From positions 62,001-126,000 of the IMG/VR virus record IMGVR_UViG_3300026078_000017: 64,000 nt of DNA; one strand, given 5' to 3'. This document shows positions 55,100-63,901 of the stretch, one piece after another; position 1 is the stretch's first letter; every line of letters starts with the position of its first letter. The notes under the pieces are model-generated. The model saw only the letters and a list, made by a program, of their open reading frames with translations, had not been told where the DNA came from and made no database searches. A program made the position numbers and the translations under genes.

Positions 55100-55817
55100 T
55101 ATAACCCCTGTCCTCAGAGAACAACGGGATTTCATCATCAACACCCCATTTTGAGCGTGGAGCAACAGAATCTGCAACCAAGTAGGTTTCCTTGACGATG
55201 CACCTTCCACGCTTCTGGTAAGTTGGGTAGTTTCCCCAATTCTTTCCGGTCTTGAGGAAAATCATTTCCTGAAGTTCGGCACTATTCTTGCCATCAAGCT
55301 GAGAGTGCGAGTACAAGGACCGAGCAACCATCTGAACAGAGTTTCGGGTTGCATCCTGCTGACGCCACAAGAAATAGTTGCAAACTTCACTCTCGGGCAA
55401 AACAAATGCCCGAGCATCAAATGCTGCAATCTTGGTTTCTCCGAAAATGGTTGGACTCAAGGCAGTCATGTATCCAGCAGCAATGGAAGCGGAAACCGAA
55501 ACCATTTTCTGGATCTGGTTTTCAAACCAAGGTGTGGATGAAAATCGCTTGTAGTTGTGAACCAAGACCGAGATTTCATCAGACTGCACATAAGCAATCT
55601 GTGCACCCTGAATCTGCTCACACAAGGCAATCCCAACATTATCCATTGCCGAGATGAGACGTTCATCAAATGGACGCTCACAAGAAGCAGTGTAGGTGTG
55701 AAATGCCTTGCCGTCGATTCGAAGAATGACAGGCATGCGAATTGGAAGAGACTGTCTGAAAGCCCCTTCATAGATTTTCATTCGGTCGCCAAGTGAGGTT
55801 TTATCTGATGTTCCCAT
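55068..55817 (-). CDS. thg1: tRNA(His) guanylyltransferase-like protein (Thg1/TLP)
   Basis: RIDGKAFHTYT, YVQSDEIS, QKMVS, FDAR, YFLWRQQDATRNS, KRG. Confidence 0.93.
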   Translation of the reverse strand: MGTSDKTSLGDRMKIYEGAFRQSLPIRMPVILRIDGKAFHTYTASCERPFDERLISAMDNVGIALCEQIQGAQIAYVQSDEISVLVHNYKRFSSTPWFENQIQKMVSVSASIAAGYMTALSPTIFGETKIAAFDARAFVLPESEVCNYFLWRQQDATRNSVQMVARSLYSHSQLDGKNSAELQEMIFLKTGKNWGNYPTYQKRGRCIVKETYLVADSVAPRSKWGVDDEIPLFSEDRGYINQHLEVVEE

Positions 55818-55826
55818 AGAAGGAAC

Positions 55827-55854
55827 AGTGTATCAGACATCATCAAATGGTCAA
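55827..55854 (-). promoter_or_regulatory. sigma70-type promoter for thg1, TTGACC-N16-TACACT with extended -10
   Basis: Minus strand TTGACCatttgatgatgtcTGATACACT; same layout as 911-938. Confidence 0.6.
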
Positions 55855-55858
55855 GAAC

Positions 55859-56725
55859 TTATTTCAACTTCACCTTACGGATTACTTTTGCGTAAGGTGC
55901 ATAAAATACAGTTGTACCCTCTGTGTTATTTAGGACGCTGATAGGTCCCTGAGGTTCAACCTCATAAACTGCTGGGTGTCCTCCAAGGGAGTGAACTGCT
56001 CTTCCTGCATAAATTAAGGCAGATCTTGGGTCTTTCGTGAAGAAAACCACATCAAGATTTTTCTTTCTTCCCTTCTCGGAAACCTTGTTGGTCTTGGAAG
56101 GAGGAAGGATTAGACTTCCAGGTTTGAAGTCATGAGAAGTCCCATGATAATAAACCGTGTGAGTGTTTTGATGTAAGTGACTTGCATCTTTTGGTTGATC
56201 GTCTTCACCCATAATAACTGCTGCTGAAGCTGGAGTGTTTGCTTCTGGATCCATGTCTGCCCAGTCTGTAGATTCTCCAAAAGGCATGTTGTGTTGATCG
56301 TAGGAATATTTTCTAAAGTCCTTGAATGGATCGTGTCTGATTTTATCATTCTTGGAACGAAGATACTTTGCCAATCCTCTACGATAAGCATGACCGAATG
56401 GAAGAAAGGTCATCCACCTTGTCCACTTGTCAAGTTTCTCCATGTCAGAACGGTTAAGCGTTGCTCTACCTTTTCTTTTTGTTAAGAGTTTGTTGATCAA
56501 CACGTCAATCTGAGCTTCCTCATGAGAAGCCTGTTGAGGTGTCATGGATGTGTCACGAAGTTTTTGTTTTGCCTTCTTCAAGGTTGACACCATGTGATCA
56601 TCTCCAGGAGTCATAAATGAGTCAGGACCAATGGTTTCAAAAACCATCGGAACTTCTTCTGTGATAACTTCCTTGACAATCTCTTCAATCAAGGCATGAA
56701 GAGACTCTTCGATCATTTTGGTCAT
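55859..56725 (-). CDS. leader-bearing protein with C-terminal Arr-like ADP-ribosyltransferase domain
   Basis: YYHGTSHDFKPGSLILP...VFFT...VYEVEPQG resembles the rifampin ADP-ribosyltransferase pattern FYHGT...PGDL...Y...IYxVEPTG. Confidence 0.7.
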   Translation of the reverse strand: MTKMIEESLHALIEEIVKEVITEEVPMVFETIGPDSFMTPGDDHMVSTLKKAKQKLRDTSMTPQQASHEEAQIDVLINKLLTKRKGRATLNRSDMEKLDKWTRWMTFLPFGHAYRRGLAKYLRSKNDKIRHDPFKDFRKYSYDQHNMPFGESTDWADMDPEANTPASAAVIMGEDDQPKDASHLHQNTHTVYYHGTSHDFKPGSLILPPSKTNKVSEKGRKKNLDVVFFTKDPRSALIYAGRAVHSLGGHPAVYEVEPQGPISVLNNTEGTTVFYAPYAKVIRKVKLK

Positions 56726-57342
56726 TATTTGTGCTTCTTGTTGTAGCGTGCCCAGGCGATCTGAAATGGACGAGGGGAATCCTCTCCGTACTTCTTCTTA
56801 AGGGCTAGAACCATGTCCTCAAGCCCTGGAGGTGCCTTCTCTGTCATAACTTGTTTGACAGCCTCATCAACCATTGCCTTAAGAGGGTCTTTTGCTTCTG
56901 GCATTCCTGGCTTGGACTTGGAAAGAATCTGCATCAAACCTTCTTTCTCTCGGATTGTCTTTGTGATAATCCCAAGAGCAGTGTTCATTTGGTCTTTTTC
57001 TTCTGGAGTTTGAGCATTCCCCAAGGCATCCATGATTTCCTGACGAACCTTCTCGTCTTCACCCATCGTGGTGAGAATATCACGAACAAGGTAGTTACTT
57101 TCCGCTTCCTTACCAATGTCGTCCATTGGATTTTCCTTGAGTTCATGACCAGTTTCGGCTGCATGTTGCATAGCCTGGTCACCATACTTTTTACGACCAA
57201 TAGAAGCAGCAACTGCTCCAGGATTGGTTACGCCCTTCTGGTGCGCAAGAGAACGCTTTAGTTTGTCAAAACCCATGTGCTTTTCCTGAATGGTTCTGTC
57301 AATCAGGGCTTCAAGAACATTTTCAAGTACAATCTTTTTCAT
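56725..57342 (-). CDS. hypothetical protein, probable internal head protein with small basic modules
   Basis: Leader ending TIQE; modules HMGFDKLKRSL...IGRKKYG and EKAPPG...QIAWARYNK. Confidence 0.7.
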   Translation of the reverse strand: MKKIVLENVLEALIDRTIQEKHMGFDKLKRSLAHQKGVTNPGAVAASIGRKKYGDQAMQHAAETGHELKENPMDDIGKEAESNYLVRDILTTMGEDEKVRQEIMDALGNAQTPEEKDQMNTALGIITKTIREKEGLMQILSKSKPGMPEAKDPLKAMVDEAVKQVMTEKAPPGLEDMVLALKKKYGEDSPRPFQIAWARYNKKHK

Positions 57343-57410
57343 TTGAACCTCAAACTACGTCCATAAATAGGGTTTTCAAATGGAAAGGGCTACCAAAGTA
57401 GCCCGTTCTA

Positions 57411-58004
57411 TCACAGTTGTTTTGCTAGATGTTTGATTCGAGAACGAACCAAGGCATGCTTGTCAATCCTTGGTTTTTGTTCCTTTTTAGCTTTGGTTAT
57501 GTTTTTAGTAGAGTCTACGGTTGTTATCAGGACTTCCTTGTCTCCATCTTTTCCACAAAATCCACTTTCAGAAGTTTCGCTGTTTACAACAAGCTCATTT
57601 ACAACTGAGAAGGCATTGGGAATCTCTTTTTTCTCATATTCCTCTGTGAGATGGTCAATCAGTCTCCGTGAAATTTTAGCAGTATGGTAGCCTGTTTCAT
57701 TAGCAGAAACGATAGAAGGATTCTGTTCTCTCTCATACATGAAAGATGGATCTTTCCCTGCCTTGATTTGGTCTAAGACCTCTGCGCTTTCTAAGAAGAC
57801 CAAGGCAAGGTCTCGAAGCTGATTGGCTGTAAAGCCATTATAGTCTTCTCCTCGCACTTCCATTTCTGTAGAAAATGCTCCCATAGAGCCATTTTGGATT
57901 TTAAGGACAGCCTTTGTAGGATGTTTAATGTGTCTTTCTACCAGAATCGTCACGCCACTATTTCCGGTATGAATATACCGGGATTCAATTACCAATTCAC
58001 TCAT
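57411..58004 (-). CDS. hypothetical protein
   Basis: 197 aa with strong SD AAGGAG. Confidence 0.75.
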   Translation of the reverse strand: MSELVIESRYIHTGNSGVTILVERHIKHPTKAVLKIQNGSMGAFSTEMEVRGEDYNGFTANQLRDLALVFLESAEVLDQIKAGKDPSFMYEREQNPSIVSANETGYHTAKISRRLIDHLTEEYEKKEIPNAFSVVNELVVNSETSESGFCGKDGDKEVLITTVDSTKNITKAKKEQKPRIDKHALVRSRIKHLAKQL

Positions 58005-58106
58005 GTTGTTTCTCCTTGGTTAGGGAGTTGTCCGTAGACAACCTTACCCCGAAGCCTGGATAGGGCTTCATCAGAAAGAATGACTTGAGCAGCTTGGAAA
58101 GTATAG

Positions 58107-58781
58107 TTACTTGATTTTTGGCAATCTTAGCTTCTGCAAAAGCCAACTATAATCCATCTGTTTCAAACTAGTATCTATTTTTGGACAAAAAGTCCAATTG
58201 TTTCCTGTGTTAAAATATGGTGCATTTGGTGGAATTATAACTTCATCCAACCAAATAATTGTTGTTTCTTCAAAATAATAACCATCTTCTACTTTGCTTA
58301 AAAAACGAGGACATGCTAAACAAATTAGCTCATCAGGATTGTAATTGGCAATTACAACATGATCAGGTTTTTGATAAGAAGCAACACTAGGAGGCAAATT
58401 TAAATGATTTATTCTTTTTTGAGGCCAAAAAGGATGTAAATCATATGCAACTCTAAATTCTCCTGGAACCGAATGATCTTCTCTCCATATAGAAATTTTT
58501 CGATGGAGATCAAACAAATGTGGATGTTGTCTAAACTTTATTTGCAAATTTGGTTCTGTTTTTGTGAGAAAGACACATGAAACATTAACAAAATTACCAG
58601 ACCAATCAATTTTTGATTTTATTAGAGGTATTAATGAAGTATTGACAAGTTCATCAATAATTTTCCATTTTTTACTCCTTGGCATTTTCCCAAAATCAAT
58701 TAGTTCATTCAATTCTTCTTTAGTAAGGTGTGTAAAAGTAACCAAAACTGGCTCAATTTGGAGATTAAATGGTTTTTTCAC
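58107..58781 (-). CDS. hypothetical protein (AT-rich)
   Basis: 224 aa; a hand-counted 60-nt line is about 30% GC. Confidence 0.65.
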   Translation of the reverse strand: MKKPFNLQIEPVLVTFTHLTKEELNELIDFGKMPRSKKWKIIDELVNTSLIPLIKSKIDWSGNFVNVSCVFLTKTEPNLQIKFRQHPHLFDLHRKISIWREDHSVPGEFRVAYDLHPFWPQKRINHLNLPPSVASYQKPDHVVIANYNPDELICLACPRFLSKVEDGYYFEETTIIWLDEVIIPPNAPYFNTGNNWTFCPKIDTSLKQMDYSWLLQKLRLPKIK

Positions 58782-59439
58782 TTTTCACCCATCCACCACT
58801 GCTCTTAACCTTACCCCTGACCATCAAGTGCAAAGCCTTGTAAGAGAGCCCTCTCTGAAGAGCAAACTCTCTTAAGGAGCCTGTGACTTCTACAGTTTCT
58901 TGTGTGTTCTTGTTCACAAGAGTTACACCAGCCGAATGTCCTGCCCATAACCCATTTTTGCAGTTCTCTGCTGCCTTTGCACGGGCTTCTGGTGTTCTCT
59001 TGGCTATGGCACTTGCCAAAGCTCTTTTGGTTTTTACCTCAAGAGATGGAGACTTACAACGTTTATCTGTTAAAGGGTTTGGTGGCTGTTTGGCTCTTGA
59101 ACCCATTCTATTAGCTCTTGCTTCTTTTTCAATGTTGTAGCAATGCTTTTGGTTATCATAGTGTTTATCAAGATAGGTCTGTTCAACCGCAAGACAGTCT
59201 TCTGTTGTTCCTTGTACTATCTCAAGTACTTCAAACAGAAAATTCTCTTGACCACACTTTACGAAGTCATTTTGAAGAAATGAGTTTGTGTGCGTTCCTC
59301 CCATTAAGTTATTGAAATGGTTGTTCGCTCTTTTATAGAAGCACTTGGTACTACCAAAGTATCGTCTCCCATTTGAGAGATTCAAAATTCTATAGACGCC
59401 ACCATCACTAGCATTTGCAGAACCATAAAGTCGTTTCAT
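58765..59439 (-). mobile_element. free-standing GIY-YIG homing endonuclease (Seg-like)
   Basis: GVYRILNLSNGRRYFGST..FYKRANNH...FEVLE...EQTYLD...YN; C-terminal helix-turn-helix-like segment. Confidence 0.85.
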
Positions 59440-59481
59440 AGAAGAAAGTATGATTCATGTCTAGTGATTTGGACATGAAAA

Positions 59482-59503
59482 AGGCGAGGGATTAGCCTCG
59501 CCT
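59482..59503 (-). terminator. intrinsic terminator after the major capsid gene
   Basis: Minus strand AGGCGAGG-ctaatc-CCTCGCCT followed by TTTT. Confidence 0.8.
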
Positions 59504-59538
59504 CTTCAAACTCTAGAGTCCGTTAGGACCCACCAAAA

Positions 59539-61455
59539 TTAGATGACGTTCATGTCGAGAACGGTGACAGTTGCGTAGAAGTCTGCGCGAACCATCTTTT
59601 TGCCGTAGCGAGTCATGATACCCTTACGTGGAGTGAAGTCCTCCTGAGCGTAAATAACTGGTGTCAAGATGAGTGGAACGTATGGTGCGTAAATGTAACC
59701 CGACTCAAGGAAGGTGTTACCCTTAAGACCAATCAAAATGCGGTTTGCTGGGAAGTATGGGTCCTTGTAAACCGTGTAACGGTTGTTAAGGGTACCTGCG
59801 GACTCAGCGCCGAGTGTCATGCTGTCTTGGACTTGACCATCTGTGTCAATCTTGTAGGACGACTTGTAGGTCTGCAAGTGCTCAAGGATTGTGCAAACGT
59901 CTGGGGACGTTACGATGAAGTTTGCAGAACCGCGAAGCGTCTTACGTGCGATTGTGTTTGCTGCATCGGTAATAGTCTCAAGGAGCGTCTGGTACCAGTC
60001 TTGGACGTTGACGTAAGCTTGTGGGCCTGCGGACAATGCCGAAGAGTGGAGCGCTTCTGCGCCAGTCTGCTTGTTAACGATCTTACCTGGAGCGCGGGAC
60101 CAGTAAAGGTTTGCTGCGTTTGCCTGTGTAAGAAGGTCGTTGAGGATTTCACGGTCGATGTCGAGCGTGATGTGCTCAGAAAGAATGTTTGTCAATTCAA
60201 CTTCAACGTCGATGTTGTAGAACGCTGTAAGGTCTTGTGCCATTTCTGGTGACCAACGTGCGCGCAACTTACGGGTTGTTGCTGTTACTGCAACGGACTC
60301 AATCTTGATGTCAATCTCTGGGATGACAGGCGATGGAGGGTTGATTGCGAAATCAGTTTCGAACGAAGGAATCGTAAGAGTCGAACCATCGGAGTTAACC
60401 GAAAGTGCGTCAGAGATTGCAGCCGAAGCTGTTACCTTTGTTGTTGCTGTTGCGTTTGGCTGTGGAGCTGTACCACCGTTTGCCACGCGAATGACGAACT
60501 GAATGTGGGAGCCGCCGATTGGGTCTGGTGTGAACAAACCAGATGTTGGGTCCCAAGAACCGCGCTTGTTGAGCTTACGGAGGTTGAGAACGCCGTTACC
60601 ACCTTGATACTGATCGCCCCATGCAGTTGCCGAGCCTACTGCTGAACCGAAACCAGTGATTGCAATCTGCTCAAGCGAGTTGAGGTCTGCGCCACCGATG
60701 TTTGCAGTTACTTCAGATGCGGACATGTGAAGGAATACAAAGTCAAGGGCGTTGTTTGCAAGGTCAACTTCCATCTTGGAGTCGAAAAGAGCAAAACGTG
60801 CGTTGAAACCAACGAACTGTGCGCTTGTGCCAACGACTGCCGTTGTGCCAGTTGTCCAGATAGAACCCGATGCCCAGTAACCAACAGAGTCGGTCGTTGC
60901 ATTGAGGTTAAGGCTCTGCTTGTGAACCTTTGTGAAACCTGTGCCTACAAGGTCGTACTGACCACCAGTTGCAAAGGAGCCAGAACGAATTCTTGCGCCA
61001 ACTGGGTTATTGTAGATGGAGTCACCCTTCTTGTAGGTCTCGTTAACGGAGGAGTTCGACAAGTTTACACCTGCGTCGCCACCAACGTTGTTACCATACA
61101 TGTAATCGAGATAGAACAAAAGACCCGATGGCAAGCTCATTGGCTGCACGGAAACGACTTCATTTGCAATCAAGCCGGCGAATACACGACGGACGATTGG
61201 GAATGCGACGTTTGTGAAACCAGCTACTTGACCACTCGACACGAGGTTTGCACCACCGGTCGACAAAGCATTGGACTCACGAAGGAGTTCTGCTGCTTGG
61301 TTTTCAAGGAGACGACTCATCGAGTCACGGGTGTTGCCCTTGAGACCCGAGAGAAGACCTGTTTTGTCCCACTTCTCGTTAATGCGTGGCATGTCTGCGC
61401 CGAGGGACTTTCTCGAAACGCCTTCTGCAATCATGTCTAATGAAAATGACTTCAT
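59539..61455 (-). CDS. major capsid protein (T4 gp23-like)
   Basis: LLENQ, VSVQPMSLPSGLLFYLD, TRKLRARWSPEMAQDL, IDREIL, GYIYAPYVPL, TPRKGIMTRYG. Confidence 0.96.
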   Translation of the reverse strand: MKSFSLDMIAEGVSRKSLGADMPRINEKWDKTGLLSGLKGNTRDSMSRLLENQAAELLRESNALSTGGANLVSSGQVAGFTNVAFPIVRRVFAGLIANEVVSVQPMSLPSGLLFYLDYMYGNNVGGDAGVNLSNSSVNETYKKGDSIYNNPVGARIRSGSFATGGQYDLVGTGFTKVHKQSLNLNATTDSVGYWASGSIWTTGTTAVVGTSAQFVGFNARFALFDSKMEVDLANNALDFVFLHMSASEVTANIGGADLNSLEQIAITGFGSAVGSATAWGDQYQGGNGVLNLRKLNKRGSWDPTSGLFTPDPIGGSHIQFVIRVANGGTAPQPNATATTKVTASAAISDALSVNSDGSTLTIPSFETDFAINPPSPVIPEIDIKIESVAVTATTRKLRARWSPEMAQDLTAFYNIDVEVELTNILSEHITLDIDREILNDLLTQANAANLYWSRAPGKIVNKQTGAEALHSSALSAGPQAYVNVQDWYQTLLETITDAANTIARKTLRGSANFIVTSPDVCTILEHLQTYKSSYKIDTDGQVQDSMTLGAESAGTLNNRYTVYKDPYFPANRILIGLKGNTFLESGYIYAPYVPLILTPVIYAQEDFTPRKGIMTRYGKKMVRADFYATVTVLDMNVI

Positions 61456-61490
61456 ATTCTTATCCTTCTTGAGGTTACTTGTTGTAAGTA

Positions 61491-63869
61491 TTACTTGCGA
61501 TTCTTAATTCCTGCCAAAAGCTGCCAACGTGCTGTTTCGATCTCGCCAGCCTTAGGCTGTGCGCTCTCGGTCAATCTTGCGCTTCCTGTCGAAGTAGGCT
61601 TCGAAGCCGAACCAGACAATTGGGTGGAAGATGTGCTTTCTGCGAGGATTTTCTTGATCTTGGTATAAGTCTCTTTTGCTTCTGCAAGGCTCTTAGCTTT
61701 GTCAAAATACGAAGCAATTTTTTGCTTCTGCGTCTTGGTCAAATCTTCACGAACTGCAAACTTGGAGACATACAAAGCCTTAGCTGTAAGAAGCTTAGAC
61801 TCTGAAAGTTGTGACTGGAGTGCTTTGACAGTTGTTGCTGCCTTAGCGATTACTGCTGCTTCTGTAAGAGGCTTTTTGGTAGAAGCTGGCTTCTTGGACT
61901 CCATTGGCATCTTAGATTCATCTTTACCTGGCTTGTCCTTGTCCATAAGCATGGAGGATGCGTCGTCGTCGTCTTTGCCTGCGCCCATCTCTGGTGCAGA
62001 GTCGCCGTCATCGCCTACAAGGTCAATACTAAGTGCATCGTCATCACCGGCACCGGCTGCTGCGCCCATTGCGTCGCCTGCTACTGGTTCTGCCGAAAAC
62101 TCTTCTGTTGCGCCATTAAGGAGAGCCTCAAGGTCATCAACGTCAATTTGGAAGGTAAGTTCTACTTCACCACCGCCAGCGCCTGCCATGTCATGCTCGC
62201 CACCTGCTGGTGCGTCTTCCATTGGCATCTTGGATGGACCTGCGCCCATTGGAGCTGCTGCACCTGGGGTGCCCATTGAGGTTGCATCCTCATTTTCCAT
62301 ACCACATTCCTTAAGTTCGGACTGTGCTGGAGCCTTGCCGCCTGCTGGCTTCTGGGAACCTTGATCGCCTTCTGGAACCGAAGGTGGCTTAAGGTGACCA
62401 TCTTTATCTGTACCCTTGAGAGCCGATTCTTTCTTTACGGCTGCAAGACGACGGGAAAGATTTTCCTTACGGAGTTTTGCAACTGCCTCACGGAGTTCCT
62501 TTTCGTCAAACTCAAGAATCGAGTTGTTACCCTTTTTGTCAATAAGAGCCTCACCAGAGTGAACCTTTGGAGAAGTGTTCTCTGCGCCCTTTGTCTTTTC
62601 GCCGTCACCGAAGTTAGACGATGCTGGTGCGGACTCTGCGATACCTGCACCTGGCTCCTTGATAAGAGCGTCTGGGTTGTGAACTCTTGGAGTCTTTGTC
62701 TGTGCATCACCCTCAACCTTGCCATCACCGAAGTTCGAGGATGCTGGTGCATCTTCACCAAGGAGGGACTCGGCCATATTGGACATTTCGCTGTCGTCTG
62801 CCTTTGGAGCTTCACCTTCTTTGAACAAGTCAACGCCAGGTGCTACGCCAGATGTCTTTTCTGCATGTGCAGTTGCTTTATCAGCGGTTGCTGGTCCGAG
62901 TGCGTCTTCCTCGAAAAGCTTTGCTGCAAATTCTTTGAGAGTGGTCATCGATGCTCCTTTATTCTCTTTGTAACTAGTAGTTGATTCTGCTTCATTCAGT
63001 TTCATGAACAAAAATTCAAGCTTATTTTCGGCCAAGCGAGCCTTTTTAGATGAAATAACGTCTTCATTGACCATCTCATCCAGTTTTTCACACAAGGTAA
63101 ATAGTTTCGATTTCAACGATTCTTTTACCAACATAGGTACGTTGCCCTTGAAATAAAGATAATCAATCTTTTCGGCAACCACGCGAACTTCTTCTTTGAA
63201 GCCAAAAATCTTAGCCTCACCAGCAACTACTGGTGTTGGTTCGTTTTCGTCTTCTGGGTTTGTTGGAGGAAGACCTGTTGGCGACGTTGGCGCCTCTGGG
63301 CCTTGCGTTGGTGCGGTGCCGGTTGGTCCGATTGGAGCCACAGGAGCAGGCGCAGCAGGTTGACCAGAACTTGCGTCAACCGGAGAAGCAGGGGGCGAAA
63401 CCATCTCAGGACTTGCTGGCGCATTAGGTGTTTCTCCTTGCGCACCAAGAGAATCCATGCCTCCCGCAACTGGAGGAGCTGCCTCAGCGCCGCCACCACC
63501 AAGTGAGAAAAGCTGCTGGAAATCTACGGTGATTTTGCCTTCATCATCTGGCATTGGCATTCCTACCAAACCATCCGATGGAGAGATTGGGGCAGCATTT
63601 GGCATGTCACCAGGGGTCATTGTAGGTTCCTCAGGAGAAACCTCGGCAGAAGACAAGGAAGCAAGGTCGCCTGTGTCTGCAACGCCGTCTATTCCACCAG
63701 GTGCATCTTCTTCACCAAACAAAAATCTGCTTGCGTCAGCAGCTTCTGTGGCGATCATTTTCTTGATCACTGGGGCTACAGCCTCGATGATTTTGTTTCT
63801 TGCATCGATCTCGGCTATTTCTTTGAGTTTCTTAGCCTCAATAATTGATTGTTTGTAAAGCTCGCTCAT
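61491..63869 (-). CDS. prohead core / scaffolding protein
   Basis: Acidic, Pro/Gly-rich; directly upstream of the MCP; many [IL]xE sites; C-terminal RWQLLAGIK. Confidence 0.8.
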   Translation of the reverse strand: MSELYKQSIIEAKKLKEIAEIDARNKIIEAVAPVIKKMIATEAADASRFLFGEEDAPGGIDGVADTGDLASLSSAEVSPEEPTMTPGDMPNAAPISPSDGLVGMPMPDDEGKITVDFQQLFSLGGGGAEAAPPVAGGMDSLGAQGETPNAPASPEMVSPPASPVDASSGQPAAPAPVAPIGPTGTAPTQGPEAPTSPTGLPPTNPEDENEPTPVVAGEAKIFGFKEEVRVVAEKIDYLYFKGNVPMLVKESLKSKLFTLCEKLDEMVNEDVISSKKARLAENKLEFLFMKLNEAESTTSYKENKGASMTTLKEFAAKLFEEDALGPATADKATAHAEKTSGVAPGVDLFKEGEAPKADDSEMSNMAESLLGEDAPASSNFGDGKVEGDAQTKTPRVHNPDALIKEPGAGIAESAPASSNFGDGEKTKGAENTSPKVHSGEALIDKKGNNSILEFDEKELREAVAKLRKENLSRRLAAVKKESALKGTDKDGHLKPPSVPEGDQGSQKPAGGKAPAQSELKECGMENEDATSMGTPGAAAPMGAGPSKMPMEDAPAGGEHDMAGAGGGEVELTFQIDVDDLEALLNGATEEFSAEPVAGDAMGAAAGAGDDDALSIDLVGDDGDSAPEMGAGKDDDDASSMLMDKDKPGKDESKMPMESKKPASTKKPLTEAAVIAKAATTVKALQSQLSESKLLTAKALYVSKFAVREDLTKTQKQKIASYFDKAKSLAEAKETYTKIKKILAESTSSTQLSGSASKPTSTGSARLTESAQPKAGEIETARWQLLAGIKNRK
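62606..62750 (-). repeat. internal 40-aa-period repeat in the scaffold protein
   Basis: APASSNFGDG encoded twice, 120 nt apart (62606-62630 and 62726-62750). Confidence 0.85.
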
Positions 63870-63901
63870 GTATTGCCTCGCCCGTTAATTACTGTACAGA
63901 A

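Noticed and set aside
58005-58074. Hammerhead ribozyme (CTGATGA, GTC and GAAAC all occur on the minus strand)
   Set aside because: The order is CUGAUGA, GUC, GAAAC, which fits no circular permutation, and stem II is not followed by GAAA.
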